A stretch of DNA of 64,000 bases from a bacterium (GCA_029990205.1 JAPEKQ010000002.1:96845-160844); one strand, 5' to 3'; counted from the stretch's first letter, positions 50,415 to 58,573 are shown. The notes: generated from the letters alone by a model not told the origin. Program-made: numbers and translations.

Positions 50415-52460
50415 CTACTTCAGAAGCGCCATCTTGATGACATCGGTCTCCTCCGCGGTCACGAGCCTCGCGAAGTAGACACCGGTGGCCACGCTTCTGC
50501 CGCCCTCGTCACGACCGTTCCACACCACCGAGTGCGGTCCAGCCTCGATCTCGGAGTCCACGAGCGTCCGGACGAGCTGTCCGTTGACATTGTAGACACT
50601 GAGTTCCACCGCGCCCGCGTTGGCCGGGACGCTGAACTGGATGTTCGTGACGGGGTTGAACGGATTCGGCGTGTTCTGACGGAGAGCGAGCTTCGTGAAG
50701 TCCGTCTCGGGCTCCTCGACCCCGGTCTCGTCGAAGTCGAACCAGTCCATGATCTTCCCGGCAACCGTCATCTGGTTGTTCGGATCCGGATCATCGGTCT
50801 TGATGTCCTCGAACGGGAAGGCGAAGAAGACGATCTTGTGCCCGTTCTCGGAGATCTTGAGCGCCTTGTTTCCGCTGCCCGTCGTGAAGATCACGTCGGA
50901 CGTCGTCTCGAACGAGTCGCTCTCGGAGTACGGGATCGGTCCACCGAGCAGACCGAGCGACATGCCGTCGGAGATGAAGTCGGAAGCAACGCCGGTCATG
51001 ATGAACCCGGATGTGTCGTTCGTCCACGACGTGACGTGGAGGTAGTCCTCGATGAACGTGTTGGTCGACCGGCTCGAGAGGTAGTTCATGCTCAGCAGCG
51101 CGAGGTTGCCGCCCGCATCAAGATACCCCATCATCGCGTCCTCAGCAGCGGCCGTGATCGTCAGCGCATCGCGGCTCGCCGTCGTCCAGAAGACCGCGTA
51201 GTAGTCGGTGAGCTGCGGCAGACCCGGCGTGCCGTCGGTGTACGGACTCAGCGTGTACGGGTAGTACCCGTTGTCGGTGAGCGCGTCCTGGATGTAGGTC
51301 TCGTACATCATCGGACCGTCGTCGTCGACGATGAGGATCGCCGGTGTCTCGCAGAAGGCCACGAATTCGGAAACCTGCTCCATCGCGTTCGCCGCACTGG
51401 TCATGCTGAGCGACGTCACACCCTTGTCCACGAGCGTTCCGTTGTAGTCGATGATGTGCACGGTGAGCGTCTCGGTATCGCCGGCCGCGACGAAAATGTC
51501 GGTCGCGCCCATGTAGCAGATGCCGTCGGTCGTGCAGTAGTTGGAGACCCAGTTGTACGGATCGCCGGGGAAGTCGGTCGTGAAGTCAAACGTGTACGTG
51601 TCGTCGGCGGTACCCGTGTTCGTGCAGTAGACGGTGTACACGGCCTCGCCGAAGAAGTCGATCTCCTCGGCGTGGTGCGTCGCGACCATCTCGAACGAAT
51701 ACGGATCGGGCATGATCGCCGCGTTGATGACCTGCTGCGGCGACTGATCCTCGATGAAGACAACGACGTGCATGTTGAGCGGGTTGTCCGTCGAGTTCGT
51801 CACACCCGTGAACGTCTTGTTGAACGTGACGTGCTCGCCGACCTCGAGATCGGCTTCGAGGATGGTCTCGGCCATGAGCATGTCGCGGACCGTGTACGGG
51901 TACGAAGCGTTCACGTCCTCGTAGATGACGAACTGCGCGACCAGGTCGCCCGCGCCGATGACATCCGTCGCTGTGAACGTGACATCGATCGTCCCGCCGA
52001 CGGTCCCGCGAGTCCCCTCGGCCACGATCGTGCCGGACACATCGATCTCGACCGGTGACGCGACAGCGAGACGAGACTCGACGATCGGGCCGAAGGTGTT
52101 CCCCACCGTCGTGCCCGCGCCAACGACATTCTGCGCACCATCGAACACCGTGTGCGGAATGCCGCCGACACTGTAGTAGCTCGCGCGCTGATAGGTGTCA
52201 CCAGTCGCGTAGATGTCGCTCACGTGGTAATAGAGCACCACGAGATCATCACCGTACGGGCCATACTGCACGCCGGTACTCGTGTGCACATAGCCGTTGT
52301 CCTGAAGGTCTACCAACGCCGCACGGGCGTTTGGGCAGTAGCCTCAGCCAGTTGATCCAAAGAGCTCCGCCAGGACCGCCCTGTCCGACGCGAGGGCGGA
52401 GACGGCGGACATCAGCAGGACTGCCGTCACGAGGGCAAAGATCGCCGTACGCTTCACCAT
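50415..52460 (-). CDS. candidate selenoprotein: secreted thioredoxin-like UxxC protein with Por/T9SS-type C-terminal tail (TGA 52344-52346 read as Sec)
   Basis: ATG 52458-52460 with AAGGAG (6-nt spacer). Signal peptide MVKRTAIFALVTAVLLMSAVSALA. An in-frame TGA occurs at codon 39, and the same frame then runs without a stop into the 633-codon track ORF. The TGA aligns with the first Cys of CVNCPN in the paralog at 52618..53706. Tail: NTPNPFNPVTNIQF...LSVYNVNGQLVRTL...VVWNGRDEGGRSVATGVYFARL...KMALLK. Confidence 0.7.
52307..52343 (-). promoter_or_regulatory. candidate bacterial SECIS hairpin immediately 3' of the TGA
   Basis: The RNA GGCUACUGCCCAAACGCC[CGUGC]GGCGUUGGUAGACC can form about 13 bp. 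The upper stem is AACGCC/GGCGUU, there is a bulged A, and the apical loop CGUGC starts 19 nt after the UGA. Confidence 0.5.
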
Positions 52461-52617
52461 GCTGCTCTCCTTTCGCGGCGATGCCGCGCTGCTCTCAGGA
52501 TCCTTTCGCCCAGCCCAATGTGGCGACAGTGTTCCTGCTCTCGTGCTGTCGTTTCATGCTTCCTGTCGTCATCCGCTGCTGTTATGTCCTTCTCCCTGCA
52601 CCTGTGGTTCATCTATC

Positions 52618-53706
52618 TCAAGGACGCTGCGAGGTCGAGAGCCTCGCCGACTGAATGATCTCCAGCGTGTCATCGTTCTGAATGAACGCGATCGCGTCCA
52701 GATTCGCTGCGTTCCAACCGGGGTCGAGCGTCACGTCGTAGATGACCTCGGTGGACTCTCCGACTGCGGCCAGTGTGAACTGCTCGTCGTCGAGGATGTC
52801 GCGCGCGACGAACGGGAACAGATGCTGCGCGAAGGCAACATCCTCCTCCATCACGACGGTTCTCAGTACGTAGTCGCCCGCCGGCAACGCGTCTTCGACC
52901 CACACCTTCGCCGTCAACGAAGCGCGCGCCGAGAGGTCGCCGGTCAGCTCCATCGTGAGCGGTGACCCCACCGCCCGTCTGAGCTCGATCTCGAACTCGT
53001 ACTCGTCCTCGGCCTCCGCTACCGACGCGGCGCCGACGATCAGGCGCCCACCGTCGAAGATGGCCATCGGATGACCGCTACCGCCCGGGAACTCGGGATG
53101 GTTCAGATACCAGGTCTCCCGGGCCGCGGTCTCCGCCGTCCCGACCGGCTGGAGTGTGTGCCAGGCGACGACACAGAGCCTGTCCCTGCCGTACGCGTCC
53201 ATGAGGTTCTCGAGCGCCGCCTCGCCGTTGGGGCAGTTGACGCACGCGAAGTCGGTCATGAACTCGACGAGCACGTTCCGGTCGACCAGCCCCCCGGCCG
53301 GCCCGGCCGAGAACGAACAGGTCGCCGCTGTTCCCTCATCACCGGCGTCATCGACGGCCGCGACGGTGAAGACGTGATCGCCCTCCTCTACACTCTCAAT
53401 GAGAAGCGTGTCCGCCGTCGTCGATCCCGTGACGGTGTCGTCGTACGTCCACTCGTAGCTCGCCACATCACCATCGATGTCCGTGCCGACCCACCGGATG
53501 ATCGTGTCCTCGCCGGCGAGAAGCGTGCCCGCCTGGGGACAATCGGTGATCGTCACGCTCGGCAGGAAGTTCGCCGCGATCGGATCTGTGAACCAGTCAC
53601 ATCCTCCCTGTGCCGCGATCCAGACGACCAGGAGGATGAGCGCGAACAGCGGCCTGGCGGCGCGCGGCCGACCAACGCTGCTCGTATGATGCGTTCCGTT
53701 CGTCAC
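52618..53706 (-). CDS. lipoprotein with Ig-like N-domain and thioredoxin-like CxxC module (Cys paralog of the Sec protein)
   Basis: GTG start after AGGAGG. Lipobox LLVVWIAAQGGC. Redox motif FACVNCPNGEAALENL. It is collinear with the neighbouring gene through ...AIAFIQNDDTLEIIQSARL, compared with VVVFIEDQSPQQVINAAIM. Confidence 0.75.
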   Translation of the reverse strand: MTNGTHHTSSVGRPRAARPLFALILLVVWIAAQGGCDWFTDPIAANFLPSVTITDCPQAGTLLAGEDTIIRWVGTDIDGDVASYEWTYDDTVTGSTTADTLLIESVEEGDHVFTVAAVDDAGDEGTAATCSFSAGPAGGLVDRNVLVEFMTDFACVNCPNGEAALENLMDAYGRDRLCVVAWHTLQPVGTAETAARETWYLNHPEFPGGSGHPMAIFDGGRLIVGAASVAEAEDEYEFEIELRRAVGSPLTMELTGDLSARASLTAKVWVEDALPAGDYVLRTVVMEEDVAFAQHLFPFVARDILDDEQFTLAAVGESTEVIYDVTLDPGWNAANLDAIAFIQNDDTLEIIQSARLSTSQRP

Positions 53707-53718
53707 GAAACCATCCTC

Positions 53719-55197
53719 CTAGAAGTAGGTCGTCAGTCTGACGCGCGCACCCGAGAACTCCGGCTCGACGCGGCAGACGCCGCCCGAGCACTTGAGACCG
53801 CCGCGCTCGCTTCCGATCGACACGCCAAGCTCGAGGTCATCTCTGAGAATGCTCTTCACCTCGAACATCGCCCAGACACTCCGGTCCTCGGACTCGTCAT
53901 CCGTTCCCTCGACAACCGACGCGAAGGTGATGCCGGACGACGTGTAGACGGTCATCGCGACGAGGTAGTCGAGCGATACCGTCTCGGCGATGTCGGTCGT
54001 CTCACCGGCCTGCACCTGGAGCTCCATCGGCTGACCCGACGGCAGCGGCAGGATCACTTCCGCTCCGGCCGTCTTGTGCTCGATGAACTTGCCGAGTTCG
54101 TACTCGCGGGACCAGGCGGCTCCGGCAGAGAGTGACGTGTCACCGATCCACGCGTCGGCCTGCCCGAACATCTCCCAGTGCGCCAGGTCGGCGTCGTGGT
54201 TCCTCGCCTCCGACGCCCCGCCGAGGACGGTGACGCTCTCTCCGAGCGGCACGGTCGCCTCGACAAGATACCCGCGCTCGTCGTTGAGCTTCGGCTCGTA
54301 GGTCGCGCGGTTCATCAGCGTCCAGAGATGCTCGCGTACGGCCGTCGGCGGATTGACCAGGAAGTGCTGGAACCGGTCGTAATCCTTGTACTCACCGAAC
54401 AGCGTTGCCCACGGCAGCTCGACCGTCGCCGTGACATAGGTGGCATGACCCTCCATGTCATCGATCTCGAGTTCTCCGTCGTCGCCCTGACGCCCGACAT
54501 ACTCGCCCGCCAGCGACACCGGACCGAGCCACGCATTCACCTCACCGCCCAGAAGCAGGTCCTCGGAGCGCCCGAGTGACTCGGTAACGATCGGATCGTC
54601 GTCTTCCTTGTTCGACGCCCGCTCAACGACGCTTCCCGCGATGTCGAGCCAGCTCGCGACCGAGCGGGTCGCGCGAACAGCGCGAACGTTGTGCCTGCGA
54701 TACCTCGTCTCGGACAGCGGCTCGTCCACGGAACCCGCCAGCACGGTCACATCGGCGGCCGAGAACGAATACTCACCGAGCAGGCCGTCGAGCACGGTGT
54801 CGTGCTCAAGATCAACATCCTCGAAGCTCCTCAGAGCCAGCCCGCGACCGAACGTCGAGTAGAAGTGTCCCACCCGCAGGTGGAGATTCTCACGGTCGAG
54901 CGCGGCGTACCGGTGCTTGATCTCGGACTCCGGGATGTTCACGCCAGCCGGGTTGTATGTCGGCAGCGAGAGCTGGTAAGCGCGGTAGACGGCGCCCACG
55001 GTCAGCGGACCTATGCCGGCATCGACTTCGAGTCTGGCGTCGAAGGCGGACGCCTCCTCCCCCGTATCGAAGAGATACTCGCCGGTCACCGCGCCGCTCG
55101 ACCAGGCTCCGTCATCGGCCGAGGCTATCGCCGGCGCGACGGACATGAGTCCCGCAACGGCGATGCAAAGGAGGACTCGTCTAGTCAACGGCTCCAT
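53719..55197 (-). CDS. outer-membrane beta-barrel protein (family not recognised)
   Basis: ATG 55197. Signal peptide MEPLTRRVLLCIAVAGLMSVAPAIASA. Alternating-polarity strand pattern throughout, with C-terminal ...RVRLTTYF (aromatic terminus typical of BAM substrates). Confidence 0.62.
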   Translation of the reverse strand: MEPLTRRVLLCIAVAGLMSVAPAIASADDGAWSSGAVTGEYLFDTGEEASAFDARLEVDAGIGPLTVGAVYRAYQLSLPTYNPAGVNIPESEIKHRYAALDRENLHLRVGHFYSTFGRGLALRSFEDVDLEHDTVLDGLLGEYSFSAADVTVLAGSVDEPLSETRYRRHNVRAVRATRSVASWLDIAGSVVERASNKEDDDPIVTESLGRSEDLLLGGEVNAWLGPVSLAGEYVGRQGDDGELEIDDMEGHATYVTATVELPWATLFGEYKDYDRFQHFLVNPPTAVREHLWTLMNRATYEPKLNDERGYLVEATVPLGESVTVLGGASEARNHDADLAHWEMFGQADAWIGDTSLSAGAAWSREYELGKFIEHKTAGAEVILPLPSGQPMELQVQAGETTDIAETVSLDYLVAMTVYTSSGITFASVVEGTDDESEDRSVWAMFEVKSILRDDLELGVSIGSERGGLKCSGGVCRVEPEFSGARVRLTTYF

Positions 55198-55762
55198 CCT
55201 CGTTGACGGCCGCTTCCTCGGTCTCAGCCTCGTCGCCCTCGTCCGGACAGTCCTCGGGGATGAGCGCCGCGACGGCGGCGTCCAGTTCCGCGTGGTTCGT
55301 CGGCCGGTACCCGGTGACCGCCCACGCGACCGTCCCATCCTGCCTCACGAGAACCGTGCGCGGGACCGACGTCACGTGGTACTTCTTCGCGACGGCCATA
55401 CTCGGGTCGAGCAGCACCTCAAAGGTGTTGCCCTTCGAGGCGATGAACGGCTTCACCTTCGAGGTCGAACGAGGTCCGTCGATCGAGATCGCAACGACCG
55501 TCAGACCGCAGTCTTCGTATTTGTCAAAGAGCTCCTGCAGATCCGGAAAGGCCTTGATGCACGGCTTGCACCACGTGGCCCAGAAATCAAGGACAACCGG
55601 TCCATCCTTCAGCAACTCAGAGAGCGTCACATCTTCGCCGTCGATGTTCTTCAGCGTGAACTCGGGCGCCTTCGCATTGGCGCCGTATGACATAGTCGTC
55701 CCCATCAACACGAGGACGGCCGCGCACAGAAGTGCGAGTCCGGTTCGTCTCCTGCCGGTCAT
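55181..55762 (-). CDS. TlpA/ResA-type periplasmic thiol:disulfide oxidoreductase
   Basis: Signal peptide. PEFTLKNIDGEDVTLSELLKDGPVVLDFWATWCKPCIKAFP. Confidence 0.85.
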   Translation of the reverse strand: MTGRRRTGLALLCAAVLVLMGTTMSYGANAKAPEFTLKNIDGEDVTLSELLKDGPVVLDFWATWCKPCIKAFPDLQELFDKYEDCGLTVVAISIDGPRSTSKVKPFIASKGNTFEVLLDPSMAVAKKYHVTSVPRTVLVRQDGTVAWAVTGYRPTNHAELDAAVAALIPEDCPDEGDEAETEEAAVNEDGAVD

Positions 55763-55788
55763 GAGTCCCCCAATAGTTGGCCTAACTT

Positions 55789-55817
55789 ATTATACCACCA
55801 TCATTACCAATGGTCAA
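55789..55817 (-). promoter_or_regulatory. near-consensus sigma70 promoter of the redox/peptidase operon
   Basis: Minus strand reads TTGACC, 17 nt, TATAAT. The 26 nt between the -10 and ATG 55762 contain GGGGGA. Confidence 0.7.
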
Positions 55818-56046
55818 GGCATCATCAGAGCGGCCCTGTTCGACCGATCTGGCGCCTGTCCCCCTCACCATGAGCGGAAGTCCGCGTACAGGGCCTTCCA
55901 CGGCTCCGACGTACGCGCCCCCGACCATCGTCTGCTTCGATGCAGACGTCAGCCGGGGGGATTCGACGCTCTTGTGCCGGTCATCATTCGTTGCCGGCGC
56001 AACTGCTTTGCACACAGTAATATAGCGGGTCATCGCGGTATCCGGT

Positions 56047-56721
56047 CTATCCCGCGAGCGCTCCCGCTTCAACTCCCAGTGTATGAACGGGCTCGGTGTC
56101 CGGCCCCAGGTGCCCGAGGATGCATCCAAGCGCCTCATGGATGGCGTCCTCGTCGGTGACCAAGTTCATCGAGTCGGTCTCGAGCGTCAGGACCGTCGTC
56201 TCTGCCCTGGCCCGGTCGCTCCAATCCTCGTACGCGTCGTTGAGCGCCTCGAGATAGGCCGGGTCGATGTCACGTTCGCAGTCGCGCCCGCGACATCCGA
56301 TACGGTCGAGCAGCGTGCCGACTCGCGCCCGCAGATAGACGATGAGATCCGGCGTCCTCAGGAAGCTCGTCATCGCATCGAAGAGCGCGGTGTAATTCTC
56401 GTAGTCGCGCTCGGGCATGTTGCCCTGACGGTAGAGGGTCGTCGCGAAGATCTCCTTGTCCTCGTAGATGGTCCTGTCCTGAATGCACGACTCGTCCGAG
56501 CCGACCATCTCGCGGTGGATCTCAAAACGCTTCGAAAGGAAGTAGACCTGAAGGTGGAACGACCACCGGTCCATGTCGGAGTAGAAGTCGTTGAGGTAGG
56601 GGTTGTTGATGACCGGTTCGTAGTACGCGCGCCATCCAAGCTGGTTCGCGAGCAGCGTCGTGAGGTGCGTCTTGCCGACACCGATGTTTCCCGCGACCGC
56701 GACAAACTGTCCGGGCTTCAT
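56047..56721 (-). CDS. deoxynucleoside kinase
   Basis: MKPGQFVAVAGNIGVGKTHLTTLLANQLGW...YEPV..NPYLNDFY...FHLQVYFLSKRF. ATG 56721 follows GGAG (6-nt spacer). The track start at 56829 is the alternative. Confidence 0.85.
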   Translation of the reverse strand: MKPGQFVAVAGNIGVGKTHLTTLLANQLGWRAYYEPVINNPYLNDFYSDMDRWSFHLQVYFLSKRFEIHREMVGSDESCIQDRTIYEDKEIFATTLYRQGNMPERDYENYTALFDAMTSFLRTPDLIVYLRARVGTLLDRIGCRGRDCERDIDPAYLEALNDAYEDWSDRARAETTVLTLETDSMNLVTDEDAIHEALGCILGHLGPDTEPVHTLGVEAGALAG

Positions 56722-56900
56722 GAGCGACTCCAGGGCTGTTTCGGCTGACCGCCGGCGGAGGAACGCCGGCTCGAGGCGGTCGCAGTATAGGATGTTCGGC
56801 TCGCGAGTGTCAACGGCAATCGGGGCCATCCAGAGGATGACCCCGACAGAATCTCAGATGGCCACAACGCTGCGTTCCTGCGCCGGCCCGCGGCGTCCGC

Positions 56901-57293
56901 TCAGGCCACGATGACGACTTCGGTCCCGACCTCGACGGCCGCAGCGAGACGCGTGAGTTCCTCGTTCCGCATCCGTATGCAGCCGCGGCTCGACTTCGTC
57001 CCGATCGAATCGGGCTCGTCCGTCCCGTGGATGCCTATCCCCTCCCACGGCGGGCAGTCCAGCCGCAGGAAGAGTGGGCCGTACGAAAGCCTGCCCGCAT
57101 GCTCCCAGTCGCCTGAGTCCTCGATGGACACGATTCGGAACGTCCCCTCGGGAGTCCGACAGTCCCCGACCGCCAGCTTGTCCCCCGCATCGGGGTTCGA
57201 GCCGATGCCGATCGTGAATCGCTCGGTCCCCGCGTCGGTGACAAGCTCGAGCGCGAACTCGGACTTCCTCACGATGATGCGCGAGGCGCTCAT
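56901..57293 (-). CDS. L,D-transpeptidase (YkuD) catalytic domain protein without a signal peptide
   Basis: TPEGTFRI...GIGIHGTDEPDSIGTKSSRGCIRM (His/Cys catalytic motif). The domain starts at residue 5 and there is no hydrophobic N-terminus. Confidence 0.85.
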   Translation of the reverse strand: MSASRIIVRKSEFALELVTDAGTERFTIGIGSNPDAGDKLAVGDCRTPEGTFRIVSIEDSGDWEHAGRLSYGPLFLRLDCPPWEGIGIHGTDEPDSIGTKSSRGCIRMRNEELTRLAAAVEVGTEVVIVA

Positions 57294-57421
57294 CGATCAG
57301 TCTCCGGGCTCTGCTCGCTGCGGCTCTGCTGCGTCGTCTCGTGCGTGCTCTTCTGCGTCGCCTCCTCTGCTCCCTGTTCTGTGGTGTTCACCCGCTCCGC
57401 GGGTTCGCATGAACCGCGGAG

Positions 57422-57517
57422 TCAGGTCGACACCCCCAGACGGGGCAGGATCACAAGCTGCAGCAGAAGCCAGACCGCCACGAACGCGATCGGCAGCGCC
57501 AGTTCGCCCATCCTCAT
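57422..57517 (-). CDS. 31-codon single-TM micro-ORF ending at UGA (possible recoding site)
   Basis: AAGGAG lies 10 nt before ATG 57517. Peptide MRMGELALPIAFVAVWLLLQLVILPRLGVST. About 87 percent of third positions are G/C. The UGA at 57422-57424 is followed at +1 by an 11-bp hairpin. Confidence 0.4.
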   Translation of the reverse strand: MRMGELALPIAFVAVWLLLQLVILPRLGVST

Positions 57518-57591
57518 CGTCCACCCGCTCCTTGATCGAACCGTGTGTCGCCCGGACACTCTCCGGGCTACCTGGATGCTCTCCGGTCTAT

Positions 57592-58176
57592 CTAGATGTT
57601 CTCCGCGCCGCCCAGGAGCATCTCGATCTCGGACCGCATCTCGGGACGCATCTCGTTGGAGAAACCGATGTGCTTGGCTGCGATGCGACCGTCGCGCCCG
57701 ATGATGAACGTCGTCGGAATACCGCTGACCTTGTACGCCTCACCGACGGTACGGTTGCCAACGAGAATCGTGTAGTCGATGCCGTTGCTGTCGACGAACG
57801 GAGCGAGATCCGTCGCGCCACCCTGGTCGAGGCCGACGATCTCGAGCCCCTGCTCTTCGAACTCATCGTAGAGCTCTATGAGGAACGGGATCTCCTCGCG
57901 GCACGGCGGACACCACGTCGCCCAGAGGTCGAGCACGACGACCTTGCCATCGAAATCGCTCAGCGAGACTTCCTCGCCGTCGAGATTCGGAAGCACGAAC
58001 GCCGGCGGGAACTCACCCACGTTGACGCCGGTCTCCTCGGAGGTTTCGGGGCTGTCCATCGCGACGGTCTCGTCCGCCGTCGTCGCGGCCTCGTCCGTCG
58101 AGCCGCTGCACCCGCCGAGGATGCCGACGGCGAACAGGGCGATCAGCGCGAAGGCCACTGCGTTTCTCATCTTCAT
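57592..58176 (-). CDS. TlpA-family thiol:disulfide oxidoreductase lipoprotein
   Basis: Lipobox GILGGCSG. VVLDLWATWCPPCREEIPFL. Confidence 0.85.
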   Translation of the reverse strand: MKMRNAVAFALIALFAVGILGGCSGSTDEAATTADETVAMDSPETSEETGVNVGEFPPAFVLPNLDGEEVSLSDFDGKVVVLDLWATWCPPCREEIPFLIELYDEFEEQGLEIVGLDQGGATDLAPFVDSNGIDYTILVGNRTVGEAYKVSGIPTTFIIGRDGRIAAKHIGFSNEMRPEMRSEIEMLLGGAENI

Positions 58177-58240
58177 AGTCTCACTCCCTGAGCTGTGTCC
58201 GCGCCGGGCGCCGTGCGCCGCGCGGAAGCTGTGTCCGTGC

Positions 58241-58573
58241 CTATGCGAGATGCTGGTCGATGCGCTCCTGGATGCTCTGCTTCGAGGCGGCGCCGACGAT
58301 CATGTCGACCTGCTGTCCGGCCTTGAAGAACAGAAGCGCGGGGATGCCGCGGATGCCGTACTGCTGCGCGAGCGTCGGGTTCTCATCGACGTTCACCTTC
58401 GCGACCTTCATCTTGCCTGCGTTGTCGACGGCGATCTCGTCCACGACGGGACCGACGAGCCTGCACGGGGCACACCAGGGCGCCCAAAAGTCCACGAGGA
58501 CCAGTCCGCTGTCACCAGCTACTTCCGTCGCGAAGTTGTCGACCGTTGCTGTGATCACGCCTTCTCCAGCCAT
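58241..58573 (-). CDS. trxA: thioredoxin
   Basis: VLVDFWAPWCAPCRLVGP...GIRGIPALLFFK. Confidence 0.92.
   Translation of the reverse strand: MAGEGVITATVDNFATEVAGDSGLVLVDFWAPWCAPCRLVGPVVDEIAVDNAGKMKVAKVNVDENPTLAQQYGIRGIPALLFFKAGQQVDMIVGAASKQSIQERIDQHLA

Noticed and set aside
55763-56046. ORFs 55782..56138 (minus) and 55810..56025 (plus), and a possible tRNA-Sec or other small RNA, in the spacer next to the selenoprotein operon
   Set aside because: The ORFs overlap the consensus promoter and have no SD or motifs. I searched this spacer, and the others I examined, by eye for a tRNA-Sec-like cloverleaf (UCA anticodon loop, long acceptor stem and extra arm) and found none. The GATTCGAC stretch lacks a complementary T-stem.
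57297-57524. 75-aa minus-strand ORF (MDDEDGRTGAADRVRG...) in the TlpA-YkuD spacer
   Set aside because: It is in a different frame from the SD-preceded TM micro-ORF, has no SD of its own, and has an Arg/Gly/Asp-rich composition typical of spurious frames.
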